Shown here one piece after another: positions 35,791-44,701 of a stretch of DNA of 64,000 nt; the first letter of the stretch is position 1; each line of letters starts with the position of its first letter. Source of the DNA: Candidatus Omnitrophota bacterium (GTDB lineage: Bacteria; Omnitrophota; Gorgyraeia; Duberdicusellales; 4484-171). The DNA is taken from positions 32,342 to 96,341 of the forward strand of contig JAFGQU010000016.1 in the NCBI GenBank assembly GCA_016935525.1. The letters run 5' to 3'. The notes beneath the pieces were generated by a model. The model had not been told where the DNA came from. It worked only from the letters and a program-made list of their open reading frames with translations, and did not search any database. Both the position numbers and the translations under genes were made by a program.

Positions 35791-36276
35791 ATGATGATAC
35801 GAAAAATAACTTCAGCGGTATTGATCTCGGCCCTGTTTTTATCGAGCGGATGTCTTACTCTCCGCAAGAAATTTGTCCGTAAAAAGAAATCGGAAACCGA
35901 ACCCGTCGCGTATGTCGATTTCAAAGAATATCCGGACGCCCCTTCAAAAGAGATATATCATAACTACTATATATTCGCTCAAGGCTGGTTGGGAGACCTT
36001 TATCAGGCGCTCACCGATACCGGTAATCGCAAAAAACAAAAACAGGCGATAGATGAAACGCTCATGAATGTCGAGCAGATGATTTCTTATTTTAACGAAG
36101 ACGGGAAAACCAAAACCGCGGGTATCTATGAAGAACTTCTTGAGGTCAAAAAGCAGATAAGTGCTCCGGTACTGAACGAGTTGGAAGTGGATTATCTGGC
36201 CAGAAAGGTTGAGCAATTGAAACGGCGGATAATCCGGGAATTAGACTGGCGGGTAGTGAGTGAATGGGTACATTAA
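35791..36276 (+). CDS. Hypothetical lipoprotein
   Basis: Signal peptide plus lipobox LSSGC; 161 aa. Confidence 0.45.
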   Translation: MMIRKITSAVLISALFLSSGCLTLRKKFVRKKKSETEPVAYVDFKEYPDAPSKEIYHNYYIFAQGWLGDLYQALTDTGNRKKQKQAIDETLMNVEQMISYFNEDGKTKTAGIYEELLEVKKQISAPVLNELEVDYLARKVEQLKRRIIRELDWRVVSEWVH

Positions 36277-36890
36277 AGATCAAATCTTTCTGTCTGGGCG
36301 ATCTGTTCACCAACGCATATCTGGTCATTAATCCCGATACCCACAATTGCGTGTTGATCGATGCCCCCTCCGGTTCGGGCGCGGTGTCTCAATATATCCG
36401 GGACCATGAGTATCATCTTCAATATATCCTTTTGACTCACGGCCATTGCGATCATATCGCCGGCCTTAAAGAGATCTCCTCTCCGGTCTACATCCATAGT
36501 AAAGATGTCCCGCTATTGAAAGATCCTTCCTTAAACTTCTCATTTCTGTTTAATCCGTTTACTATTGAACAGGTCCCTTTAGAACTTGCCGATAACCAGG
36601 CAGTATCTTTAGATGACCACAGGTTAAAGATACTCCATACTCCCGGGCATACCCCCGGTTCGTTATGTGTAGCCTGTGAAGGCCTGCTGTTCAGCGGGGA
36701 TACATTGTTTTTCGATTCGGTAGGCCGGACCGATATGCCGTATTCTTCAGGTTCCCAGCTGATCGATTCGATAAAAGCGAAATTATTCGCTTTACCCGGT
36801 GAGGTGAAAGTGTTTCCCGGGCATGGGCAGGACACTACGCTTAAACGGGAAATCGAACATAATCCTTACCTGCAGGCAACTACCCTGTAG
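36264..36890 (+). CDS. MBL-fold metallo-hydrolase (glyoxalase II-like)
   Basis: LLTHGHCDHIAGL HxHxDH motif plus downstream His/Asp ligands. Confidence 0.75.
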   Translation: MGTLKIKSFCLGDLFTNAYLVINPDTHNCVLIDAPSGSGAVSQYIRDHEYHLQYILLTHGHCDHIAGLKEISSPVYIHSKDVPLLKDPSLNFSFLFNPFTIEQVPLELADNQAVSLDDHRLKILHTPGHTPGSLCVACEGLLFSGDTLFFDSVGRTDMPYSSGSQLIDSIKAKLFALPGEVKVFPGHGQDTTLKREIEHNPYLQATTL

Positions 36891-37013
36891 GATACATAAT
36901 CCTCAGAATCGAGCGTAGAGTGTGTAGTGATGAGTAGTAATAGGGAAACCAGAAATTTCTTAAAAAATGGATTATCCGCTCACCGCTATCCGCTCACCGC
37001 TTGGAGTTAACCG

Positions 37014-37904
37014 GTGAGCATGGAAGTGTATGTAGAAGCTTTTCTGGATTATCTCAAAGTAGAAAAAGGGCTTGCGGCCAATTCGATCTTGTCCTATCAT
37101 CGCGACCTTAAAAAATATATCCGGTTTCTCGCGGCTCGGCATATTGGGGAGATAAAAAGCATAAAAAGAGAAGAGATCGTCGATTTTCTGTTTACCTTAA
37201 GAAAAAAGAACGCGACCAGCAGTATTGCCCGGATGGTATCCAGCTTGAAAAGTTTTCACCGGTTCCTTTTCCGGGAAAAGATCACCCGGGACGACCCGGC
37301 CGAACTCATCGATACTCCCCGGATGGATAAGAACATCCCCGATATCCTTTCCGGAGATGAAGTCCAGCGTCTCCTGAAATCGCCCAATCCTAAGAACCGG
37401 CAGGGAATACGCGACCGGGCTATGTTAGAGCTTATGTACGCGACGGGATTAAGAGTTTCGGAAGTATCGACTTTGACGGTTGAAAATATTAATATGGATG
37501 TAGGGTTCTTGCGGTGCCGCGGTAAAGGTTCCAAAGAACGGATAGTCCCGCTGGGCGGTATGGCCAGAAAATTTATTTTGCGATATTTGGAAACAGCCCG
37601 TCCCCAGCTTCTCAAAAACAAAAACAGTACCTATCTGTTTTTAGCTCAAGGCGGGCGGATTTTGAGCCGCCAGAGTATCTGGAAAATGATCAAAAGACTG
37701 GTAAAAGAAGCAAAGATCAAAAAACGGGTCACGCCCCATACGTTGCGCCATTCGTTTGCGACCCATCTTTTGGAACATGGCGCCGATCTGCGCAGCGTAC
37801 AGGAAATGCTGGGGCATGCCAGTATTACTACTACTCAGCTCTATACGCATATTAACCGGTCACGGTTAAAAGAGATCCATACCCGGTTTCATCCGAGAGC
37901 CTAA
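37014..37904 (+). CDS. xerD: Tyrosine recombinase XerC/XerD
   Basis: N-terminal SAM-like domain; C-terminal R ... HxxR ... Y catalytic residues (HTLRHSFATHLL ... LGHASITTTQLYTH). Confidence 0.8.
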   Translation: MSMEVYVEAFLDYLKVEKGLAANSILSYHRDLKKYIRFLAARHIGEIKSIKREEIVDFLFTLRKKNATSSIARMVSSLKSFHRFLFREKITRDDPAELIDTPRMDKNIPDILSGDEVQRLLKSPNPKNRQGIRDRAMLELMYATGLRVSEVSTLTVENINMDVGFLRCRGKGSKERIVPLGGMARKFILRYLETARPQLLKNKNSTYLFLAQGGRILSRQSIWKMIKRLVKEAKIKKRVTPHTLRHSFATHLLEHGADLRSVQEMLGHASITTTQLYTHINRSRLKEIHTRFHPRA

Positions 37905-37923
37905 GGGGAGAGAATGAAGGTTA

Positions 37924-38012
37924 GCCCGTTGACCCGTTTGCCCGTTCAACCCGTTCTAAAAACGGGATAACGGGAATCCCCCTGTGGCGGGAAACGCGAG
38001 CACGGGCGAACC
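37924..38012 (+). repeat. Bipartite CCCGTT-heptad / AACGGG inverted-repeat element with conserved tail (aatcccNctgNggcgggaaacgcg), copy upstream of the cca gene
   Basis: cccgttgacccgtttgcccgttcaacccgtt-ctaaaa-acgggataacggg forms a long imperfect hairpin, followed by a second small hairpin. Confidence 0.6.
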
Positions 38013-38032
38013 GGTTGAAAGGTTAGAAAAAG

Positions 38033-39319
38033 ATGTTTGTAAAGAAGATCGAAAAATTACCGTCGAACGTAAAAAGGGTACTGAAAAGATCTTCGGTCCT
38101 TTCCCGAAAACTGGATGTCGCGATATATCTGGTAGGCGGGATCGTCCGTGATTTTATCTTAGGCCGGGATAATTTTGACCTGGATATTGTCGTTGAAGGG
38201 GACGGGCTTAAATTTGCGCATGCGTTGGGAGAGCATTATAAAGCCGATTTTCGTAAACACCATTCTTTCGGTACGGCAACGGTGTATTTCAAAGGATTTA
38301 AAGTAGATATCGCGACGGCCCGCCGGGAATCCTACCCTCATCCGGGAGCGCTCCCGGTCATTACCCGATCAACGTTAAAAGAAGACCTTATCCGCCGGGA
38401 TTTTTCGATTAACGCGATGGCACTCAGTCTTAACCGGGATGATTACGGCGGGTTGATCGATTATTATAAAGGATATACCGACCTTCGAGACGGGATAATC
38501 CGGGTGCTCCATGACCGGAGTTTCACCGACGACCCGACCCGTATTTTTCGTGCCATACGCTTTGAACAGAGATTCGGCTTCCGCATGAGGAGGGGTACTC
38601 TTAAGTTACTCAAAAGCGCTCTGGCTAAAGGAGCGCTTAAGACCGTGAATGAACAACGCCTTCGTGACGAATTGGCGCTTATGTTTGAAGAAGAACATCC
38701 TTCCCGTTGCGTAAAAAGGGTACAGGCTCTTATCGGCTGGAGATTTTTAAACGCGCAGGTACGGTTATCGTCGAAAGAGCTGGCGTTATTCCGCCATTTA
38801 GACGAGACCGTCCGGGTATACCAAAAATCCTTTCCACATTACCCTAAAGTAGACCGGAGAGCATTGTATTTTGCCGGGTTACTTTTGCCGTTGGACGTAA
38901 AAGAGGTCCTTACGGTTTCGGCCCGGTTCGGGTTACGTAAAAACGAACGGACAGTGGCCCTTGCCGTCGGGAAAGCCTATCGTAAGATATACCGGGTATG
39001 CCGGGGCCGGATCGATCCGGTGAGATTGTATACGGTCCTTTCCGGTTATCCGCTGGAAGTGATTTTGTTTTGTTACGCGTATTATTACCGTAACCGCACT
39101 GTAAAGAAGAACCTTTTATTTTATCTGGATAAACTGTTCGGAGTATCGTTAAAAGTCCGCGGTCGGGACTTGAAAAAACTGGGGTTCGGCCCGGAAAGAT
39201 CTTACAGTAAAGTGTTCACTAAACTGTTACATAAAAAGATCGAAAAGGATTTCCGTTCGCGCCGGGAAGAGTTAAAAGAGCTTAAAAAGTTGGCAAAAGA
39301 CCATTTGCGCAAGAAGTGA
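38033..39319 (+). CDS. tRNA nucleotidyltransferase / poly(A) polymerase family protein
   Basis: PolyA_pol head domain LVGGIVRDFILGRDNFDLDIVVEGDG; RNA-binding C-terminal region. Confidence 0.7.
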   Translation: MFVKKIEKLPSNVKRVLKRSSVLSRKLDVAIYLVGGIVRDFILGRDNFDLDIVVEGDGLKFAHALGEHYKADFRKHHSFGTATVYFKGFKVDIATARRESYPHPGALPVITRSTLKEDLIRRDFSINAMALSLNRDDYGGLIDYYKGYTDLRDGIIRVLHDRSFTDDPTRIFRAIRFEQRFGFRMRRGTLKLLKSALAKGALKTVNEQRLRDELALMFEEEHPSRCVKRVQALIGWRFLNAQVRLSSKELALFRHLDETVRVYQKSFPHYPKVDRRALYFAGLLLPLDVKEVLTVSARFGLRKNERTVALAVGKAYRKIYRVCRGRIDPVRLYTVLSGYPLEVILFCYAYYYRNRTVKKNLLFYLDKLFGVSLKVRGRDLKKLGFGPERSYSKVFTKLLHKKIEKDFRSRREELKELKKLAKDHLRKK

Positions 39320-39363
39320 CTTTAAGGTATAATTTAGGGTTTTAGAAGGCAGAAATAGGTTCG

Positions 39364-39442
39364 CCCGTGTACTCGTTACCCCGTGTGCCTGTTTTTGAAG
39401 AACGGGAGAACGGGAATCCCGCCTGCGGCGGGGAACGCGCCA
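39364..39442 (+). repeat. Second full copy of the CCCGTT/AACGGG bipartite element, downstream of the cca gene
   Basis: cccgtgtactcgttaccccgtgtgcc ... aacgggagaacgggaatcccgcctgcggcggggaacgcg; tail hairpin cccgcc-tgc-ggcggg. Confidence 0.6.
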
Positions 39443-39465
39443 ACCTCAGATACACAACGGGCCAT

Positions 39466-39744
39466 ATGTTTATCGGATATTTGCGGGTAGAACTTTTTAT
39501 CCCTCATAGCCGGTCTTTGAAAGACAAGCGGCAAGTCGTACTCAGTATTAAACAGCGCCTGCGGCAGCGGTTTAATATCTCGATCGCGGAAGAACCTTCG
39601 GATAAATGGCAGCGGTGCCGGCTTGCCTGTGTCTATGTGAACTATCATCGTGGGGAAGTAGGCAATACTCTTGCCAAGGTCGAAGAGAATGTTCGTAATC
39701 ATATCCATTTTCAGGTGATCGATTCGGAATACGAGGTGTTTTGA
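39466..39744 (+). CDS. DUF503 (YlxP-like) protein
   Basis: About 93 aa from MFIGYLRVELFIPHSRSLKDKRQVV; conserved position immediately upstream of rbfA; the ORF-track start at 39367 runs through the repeat element. Confidence 0.6.
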   Translation: MFIGYLRVELFIPHSRSLKDKRQVVLSIKQRLRQRFNISIAEEPSDKWQRCRLACVYVNYHRGEVGNTLAKVEENVRNHIHFQVIDSEYEVF

Positions 39745-39747
39745 GAA

Positions 39748-40116
39748 ATGGGAATGCGTCTGGATAAAGTGAATGCCGAGATCAAAAGGAGAGTGATGGA
39801 GATCATCCAGCAGGAACTGGACGACCCTCATCTGGGCATGGTGAGCGTGACCAGGGTAGACACCTGTGCCGACCTGAAGACGAGCCGGGTCTATTTCAGT
39901 GTCCTTAATAACGATGACTTCGAACGTACCGGGAAAATACTCGCCTCGATGAGCGGATTTATCCGCAGGCTTCTGGGTAAAAAAATGAGGATAAAGATCC
40001 TGCCTACACTCGTCTTTTTACCGGATACCAGTATACAATATAGCGTGGATATCTATGCCAAGATAGAGGAGGTTATGGGTGATCAGGAAGATAATCGAGA
40101 TTCTCAAAAACAATAA
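39748..40116 (+). CDS. rbfA: Ribosome-binding factor A
   Basis: KH-like RbfA fold motif VSVTRVDTCADLKTSRVYFSV. Confidence 0.85.
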   Translation: MGMRLDKVNAEIKRRVMEIIQQELDDPHLGMVSVTRVDTCADLKTSRVYFSVLNNDDFERTGKILASMSGFIRRLLGKKMRIKILPTLVFLPDTSIQYSVDIYAKIEEVMGDQEDNRDSQKQ

Positions 40117-41035
40117 AAAGTTTTTAATCACCGCTCACATGAATCTGGAAGGCGACGCGTTAGGGGCGCAGCTTGCGATGTATTGCCTGCTCAAACATCT
40201 TAAAAAACAGGCGTATATCTGCGATAACGACCCGGTCCCCCGGGCGTACTCATTCCTGCCTCATGTCAAAAAGATCAGGACCGAGGTCCCCGATATCCAG
40301 TTTGATGCGGCACTCGTGCTTGATTGTTCGGATTCGTTCAGGACCGGCATGATCAAGAATCATCTGAGCCGGGCGCGCTATATCGTCAATATCGACCATC
40401 ATATAAGTAATACTTTTTTCGGAGATGTGAATTGGGTCGATCCCTATTCTTCTTCGGCCTGTGAGATCGTGTACCGTCTCTGTAAAAAAATGGGGATCAT
40501 GGATCGTCAGATCGCCCTTTGCCTTTATACCGGGATATTCACCGACACCGGCAATTTTACCTATGCCAATACGACCAAACGAGTCCATAAGATCGCCAGT
40601 GAACTGATCGAATACAACATCTCACCCCATAAGATAGACGAACATCTGCATAGTTTCTGCGATATGAAAGATCTCGACCTTATCGGCAGCATCGTGAAAT
40701 CGCTCAAAGTAAATTCTAACGGTAAGATTGTCTGGGCGGTGATTCAGCATTGGCCCGAAAAAGAGTACGATCTTACTGAGATAATTTTTTCTATTATGCG
40801 TTTATTGCACGATGTGGAGGTGTTCGTGCTGTTCAAAAAAGTCTCGGCTCACCGAGTACGGGTAAACCTTCGCTCCCGTTCACGGGTTGATGTAAACCGG
40901 GTCGCAAAATTTTTCGGCGGCGGCGGGCATAAACGCGCCAGCGGCGCGACCGTTGACGGGACGTTACCTGTGGTCGAAAAGCAAGTGATTTCATTCATCC
41001 GCCGTTTTACGAACGGACGGGGACGGAAATCATGA
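40079..41035 (+). CDS. nrnA: DHH/DHHA1 phosphoesterase, NrnA-like oligoribonuclease / pAp phosphatase
   Basis: DHH motif NIDHHISN; DHHA1 motif GGGGHKRASGA. Confidence 0.75.
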   Translation: MIRKIIEILKNNKKFLITAHMNLEGDALGAQLAMYCLLKHLKKQAYICDNDPVPRAYSFLPHVKKIRTEVPDIQFDAALVLDCSDSFRTGMIKNHLSRARYIVNIDHHISNTFFGDVNWVDPYSSSACEIVYRLCKKMGIMDRQIALCLYTGIFTDTGNFTYANTTKRVHKIASELIEYNISPHKIDEHLHSFCDMKDLDLIGSIVKSLKVNSNGKIVWAVIQHWPEKEYDLTEIIFSIMRLLHDVEVFVLFKKVSAHRVRVNLRSRSRVDVNRVAKFFGGGGHKRASGATVDGTLPVVEKQVISFIRRFTNGRGRKS

Positions 41036-41703
41036 AACGCGAAGGCCTCATTTTGATCAATAAACCCAAAGGTATTACCAGCCATGATGTCGTCGACGTT
41101 ATCCGTAAAAAATTTTCTATCCGGAAAGTAGGCCATGCCGGGACTCTTGACCCTCAGGCTACCGGCCTTTTGCCTATCCTGGTCGGCCGGTATACCAAAC
41201 TTTTTCCTCAATTCGTAAATTTTGATAAAGAGTATATCGGGATCATGAAACTGGGCGAGGTGACGACGACCGGCGACAGCGAAGGGGAAATGATTTCCCG
41301 GTCGCCCTGGGAGCACCTCGGTGAAGACGAGATCCGGGACGCTTTTTCTAAATTCCACGGTGAGATCGAACAGATCCCGCCTATGGTAAGCGCGTTGCGC
41401 GTGAACGGTAAACGGCTTTATAAACTTGCCCGGCGCGGGATAGAGGTCGAACGCAAACCGCGTAAGATCAACATCTATCAATTAGAGATCCAGCGTATCG
41501 ACCGGCCGTTTATAGAATTTTATGTAAAATGTTCCAAGGGAACCTATATCCGTAAGCTTGCCGAAGATATCGGAGCAGAACTTAAATGCGGCGCTCATGT
41601 GGTAAGTATTACCCGTACGGCGATCGGCCCGTTTCGCCTGGCTGACGCGGTAGGGCTTGAGGAATGCGGAGACGCTCATCTTACCGCATATACTTTTAAA
41701 TAA
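41032..41703 (+). CDS. truB: tRNA pseudouridine(55) synthase
   Basis: GHAGTLDP catalytic motif; TruB_N domain. Confidence 0.9.
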   Translation: MKREGLILINKPKGITSHDVVDVIRKKFSIRKVGHAGTLDPQATGLLPILVGRYTKLFPQFVNFDKEYIGIMKLGEVTTTGDSEGEMISRSPWEHLGEDEIRDAFSKFHGEIEQIPPMVSALRVNGKRLYKLARRGIEVERKPRKINIYQLEIQRIDRPFIEFYVKCSKGTYIRKLAEDIGAELKCGAHVVSITRTAIGPFRLADAVGLEECGDAHLTAYTFK

Positions 41704-41764
41704 CCTGTATTATTAAGAAAAAAGGTCGATAAGTACTCATAACCAGGTTGATATTTTTTCTTTT

Positions 41765-41796
41765 ACGCGTTACGCATGTCGCGTTACGCGTTACGG
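41765..41796 (-). repeat. CGTAACGCG tandem repeats (minus orientation) immediately upstream of ribF
   Basis: acgcgttacgcatgtcgcgttacgcgttacggg; same family as 107-137. Confidence 0.55.
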
Positions 41797-41805
41797 GTAG
41801 CACCA

Positions 41806-42720
41806 ATGATCCTTCATTCCAGTACCGGCGGGAAAAAAATAAAATGTGTCGCGACCATCGGCGCTTTTGACGGAGTGCACCGGGGACATCTGTATCTGCT
41901 TAAACAGGTCCTTGATTCTTCCCGTACCATACGCCTGGCTTCGGTCCTGATCACTTTCTGGCCGTTACCGTCGGTAGCTTTGAACAAAAATCCTCATGGA
42001 TTCCTTACCGATCTTGAACAAAAAATAAAGATCATCAAAGACCTCGGGTTCGATCATTTTTTAATACTTAAAACCGACTCCCGTCTGTTACAGACCGAAG
42101 GAGAAGATTTTTTCAAAAAGATCGCCAGGAATCTGGATATCAAAAAACTTATTGTCGGCGAAGATTTCCGTTTTGGCCGGGGCGCGAAAAAAAACGCCAT
42201 AAGCCTTAAACAAATCTCCCTGCGGAGCGGGTTCTCCGTGGATATCGTCAAAAAAAGAAAGTATCGCGGAGCTATCATCAGTAGTTCTTTTATCCGCAGG
42301 GCGCTCGCCGGCGGCGACCTTAAAAAGGTAAAAGCGTTCCTGGGAAGAAATTACCTGGTCATCGGAAAAAGGATCCGGGGAAAAGGGATCGGGACTCAAA
42401 TAGGATATCCTACGGTGAACCTTGATCTGGGGGGATTTGTCGTCCCGGCCAACGGCGTCTATGCGGTACGCGTATTCAGCGGTACCCGATCGTTCCTGGG
42501 GGCGTGTAGCGTGGGAGAGAACCCGACGTTACAAAAAAATAAAAAGATCCGTGTGGAAATACATTTATTACATTATTTTAAAACCGTTTTAAAAGAACGG
42601 CTTGGTGTCGAATTTCTGGAATATATCCGCCCGCAGAGACGTTTTTCTTCACTGGCTGAATTAACAGGAGCTATTTCCCGCGATATTCATCATTTTATCC
42701 TGCCTAAATATAGTAGGTAG
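41806..42720 (+). CDS. ribF: Bifunctional riboflavin kinase / FMN adenylyltransferase
   Basis: N-terminal FAD-synthetase domain (GAFDGVHRGH); C-terminal riboflavin kinase domain; start moved to the ATG at 41806, downstream of the repeats. Confidence 0.85.
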   Translation: MILHSSTGGKKIKCVATIGAFDGVHRGHLYLLKQVLDSSRTIRLASVLITFWPLPSVALNKNPHGFLTDLEQKIKIIKDLGFDHFLILKTDSRLLQTEGEDFFKKIARNLDIKKLIVGEDFRFGRGAKKNAISLKQISLRSGFSVDIVKKRKYRGAIISSSFIRRALAGGDLKKVKAFLGRNYLVIGKRIRGKGIGTQIGYPTVNLDLGGFVVPANGVYAVRVFSGTRSFLGACSVGENPTLQKNKKIRVEIHLLHYFKTVLKERLGVEFLEYIRPQRRFSSLAELTGAISRDIHHFILPKYSR

Positions 42721-42833
42721 TCCCACCGATATCCACAACTTGTTGTGTTCCAATGATTTATTTAGAAAAATTCTTGACAGAGAAAAAGAGGGGTATTATT
42801 ATAAATATGTGTAATAAAGTGGAGTGAAGTGGA

Positions 42834-43265
42834 ATGTGGTACGGAACCTATACTCATACTCTGGACGTAAAAGATCGTTTTATTCTTCCTGCTAAATTCC
42901 GCGAAAAGATTAAAGAATTAGGGTCAAGAAAGTTTTATTTAACCCGTGGCCTCGATGGTTGTTTATTCCTGTTTGCGTATGAGGTGTGGAGAGATTTGGA
43001 AGAAAAGCTTAAAAGCCTTTCGTTTACCAAACAACAGTCACGGTTTTTTAATCGTCTCTATTTTAGCGGAGCATCCGAAGTCGAGATCGATTCTCAAGGG
43101 AGAGTTACGTTGCCTCATTACTTGAAAGAGTATGGGGCGATTTCCAAAGATATTGTGATTATCGGGGTCGCTGACCGTATCGAAATATGGGATCGTAAAA
43201 AATGGGAAGAATTTGATGAAAATAATAGAGAACGATTTGAAGAAATGGCCGAAGGACTCTTTTAG
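42834..43265 (+). CDS. mraZ: Transcriptional regulator MraZ
   Basis: Two SpoVT-AbrB/MraZ repeats (DVKDRFILPAKFRE, DSQGRVTLPHYLKE). Confidence 0.9.
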   Translation: MWYGTYTHTLDVKDRFILPAKFREKIKELGSRKFYLTRGLDGCLFLFAYEVWRDLEEKLKSLSFTKQQSRFFNRLYFSGASEVEIDSQGRVTLPHYLKEYGAISKDIVIIGVADRIEIWDRKKWEEFDENNRERFEEMAEGLF

Positions 43266-44157
43266 TGACGGAGAGATACATTATCCGGTCATGTGCCGTG
43301 AGGTGATCGAATACCTTGCGCTTGCCGATAAAAAGGTAGTGGTCGACTGTACCGTCGGAGTAGGGTCTCATGCTCTTTCTCTTATTCCCCGGATGGCTCC
43401 CGGCGGGTTATATGTCGGGATCGACAAAGATAATGATTCGTTGGAAATCGCCAAAGAACGGTTAGGCGATTTTGTCGGTAGGTTCATATTGATCAAAGAA
43501 GATTTTCGGGCAGTGGACAGCGTGCTTGAGCAATTGCAGATATCCCGGGTAGATGCGTTTTTATTCGATCTGGGCATTTCCAGTTTTCAGTTGACTCAAG
43601 CCGAACGGGGATTCAGTTTCCTGAAAGAAGGGCCGCTCGATATGCGGATGGACCGGGAATCTTTTTTATGCGCGTATGACCTGGTCAATAATCTGAGTGA
43701 ACGGGAATTACGCATGATTTTCGAGAAATTCGGCGAAGAACGGTATTCCCGGCGGATCGCCCATCACCTCATCGAGAAACGCCGTAAGACCCCGCTCTAT
43801 ACTACCCGTCAGCTGGTCGAAGCTATTACCGAATCGGTCCCTTACCGGAGTTTCCGGTATAAGATCCATCCGGCTACACGGGTATTCCAGGCGTTACGTA
43901 TTGCCGTCAATCGTGAGCTGGACTGTCTTTCTCAAGGATTGGATAAAGCGTTCCCTTATTTATCGGCACAGGGGCGGATGGCGGTTATTTCGTTCCATTC
44001 TCTCGAAGACAGGGAAGTGAAACATACGTTTCGCAATTATGCCGCGCAAGGGCACGCGCAGATCATTACTAAAAAGCCGCTTACTCCTTCAGAAGAAGAA
44101 TTGGTTGAAAATAACGCTTCTCGGTCGGCGAAATTACGGGTCATAGAGAAACTGTAA
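43213..44157 (+). CDS. rsmH: 16S rRNA m4C1402 methyltransferase
   Basis: SAM-binding motif DCTVGVGSH; RsmH/MraW family conservation throughout. Confidence 0.9.
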   Translation: MMKIIENDLKKWPKDSFSDGEIHYPVMCREVIEYLALADKKVVVDCTVGVGSHALSLIPRMAPGGLYVGIDKDNDSLEIAKERLGDFVGRFILIKEDFRAVDSVLEQLQISRVDAFLFDLGISSFQLTQAERGFSFLKEGPLDMRMDRESFLCAYDLVNNLSERELRMIFEKFGEERYSRRIAHHLIEKRRKTPLYTTRQLVEAITESVPYRSFRYKIHPATRVFQALRIAVNRELDCLSQGLDKAFPYLSAQGRMAVISFHSLEDREVKHTFRNYAAQGHAQIITKKPLTPSEEELVENNASRSAKLRVIEKL

Positions 44158-44171
44158 AAAAGTTTTTTGAT

Positions 44172-44582
44172 ATGTTAAAAAAAGTTATCTCGACAATCCT
44201 GATCTTCCTGTTTTGTTTAGGATATCTTCATCAAAAAATAGCCCTTTCCGTCGAAGCTTACCGGCTTACCGACCACTACCGAAAGTACCGTCAGCTTGTT
44301 GATAAGCGGGATGTTTTGTTATATAATCTTTCTGAAAAAACATCCTTAGCTGAGATCAATGTCTGGGCCCGTCACCACCAGTTTGAATTCGCTCCCAGTG
44401 AGAAAGTCATCGCGTTACGGATGAATACTGAGCCTCAGCGTAGTACGCATCAAGGGGTCGATACGATCATGCAACTGGCGACCCGCTTATTCAAGGTGCC
44501 CGGAGAATCTGAGGTACTCGCAAAAGAAAAGACCAAAAAGGGACTCCCGCAAAATGCTTCAGTCCCTGATTACAGTGATTGA
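44172..44582 (+). CDS. ftsL: Cell division protein FtsL-like (small bitopic)
   Basis: 136 aa; single N-terminal TM followed by a coiled coil; canonical position between rsmH and ftsI. Confidence 0.5.
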   Translation: MLKKVISTILIFLFCLGYLHQKIALSVEAYRLTDHYRKYRQLVDKRDVLLYNLSEKTSLAEINVWARHHQFEFAPSEKVIALRMNTEPQRSTHQGVDTIMQLATRLFKVPGESEVLAKEKTKKGLPQNASVPDYSD

Positions 44583-44701
44583 TCTAAGATTACAGTGATG
44601 AGAGACTTTAGTGTTTTTAATCGCTGAAATCATGTGTGAATTATTGAAATCAAGTGCTGGTGTTATTATCCACCAGCACTAAAATAGTCCCCTTGTGAAA
44701 A

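Noticed and set aside
37014-37904. xerD as a phage/ICE integrase marking a mobile element
   Set aside because: It has the canonical XerC/D length and motifs and is embedded among housekeeping genes (ligA, MBL hydrolase, cca, rbfA). No cargo genes or att duplications are adjacent.
44653-44680. Hairpin between ftsL and ftsI as an intrinsic terminator
   Set aside because: There is no U-tract downstream on the + strand, so it is kept as a generic stem-loop in the findings rather than called a terminator.
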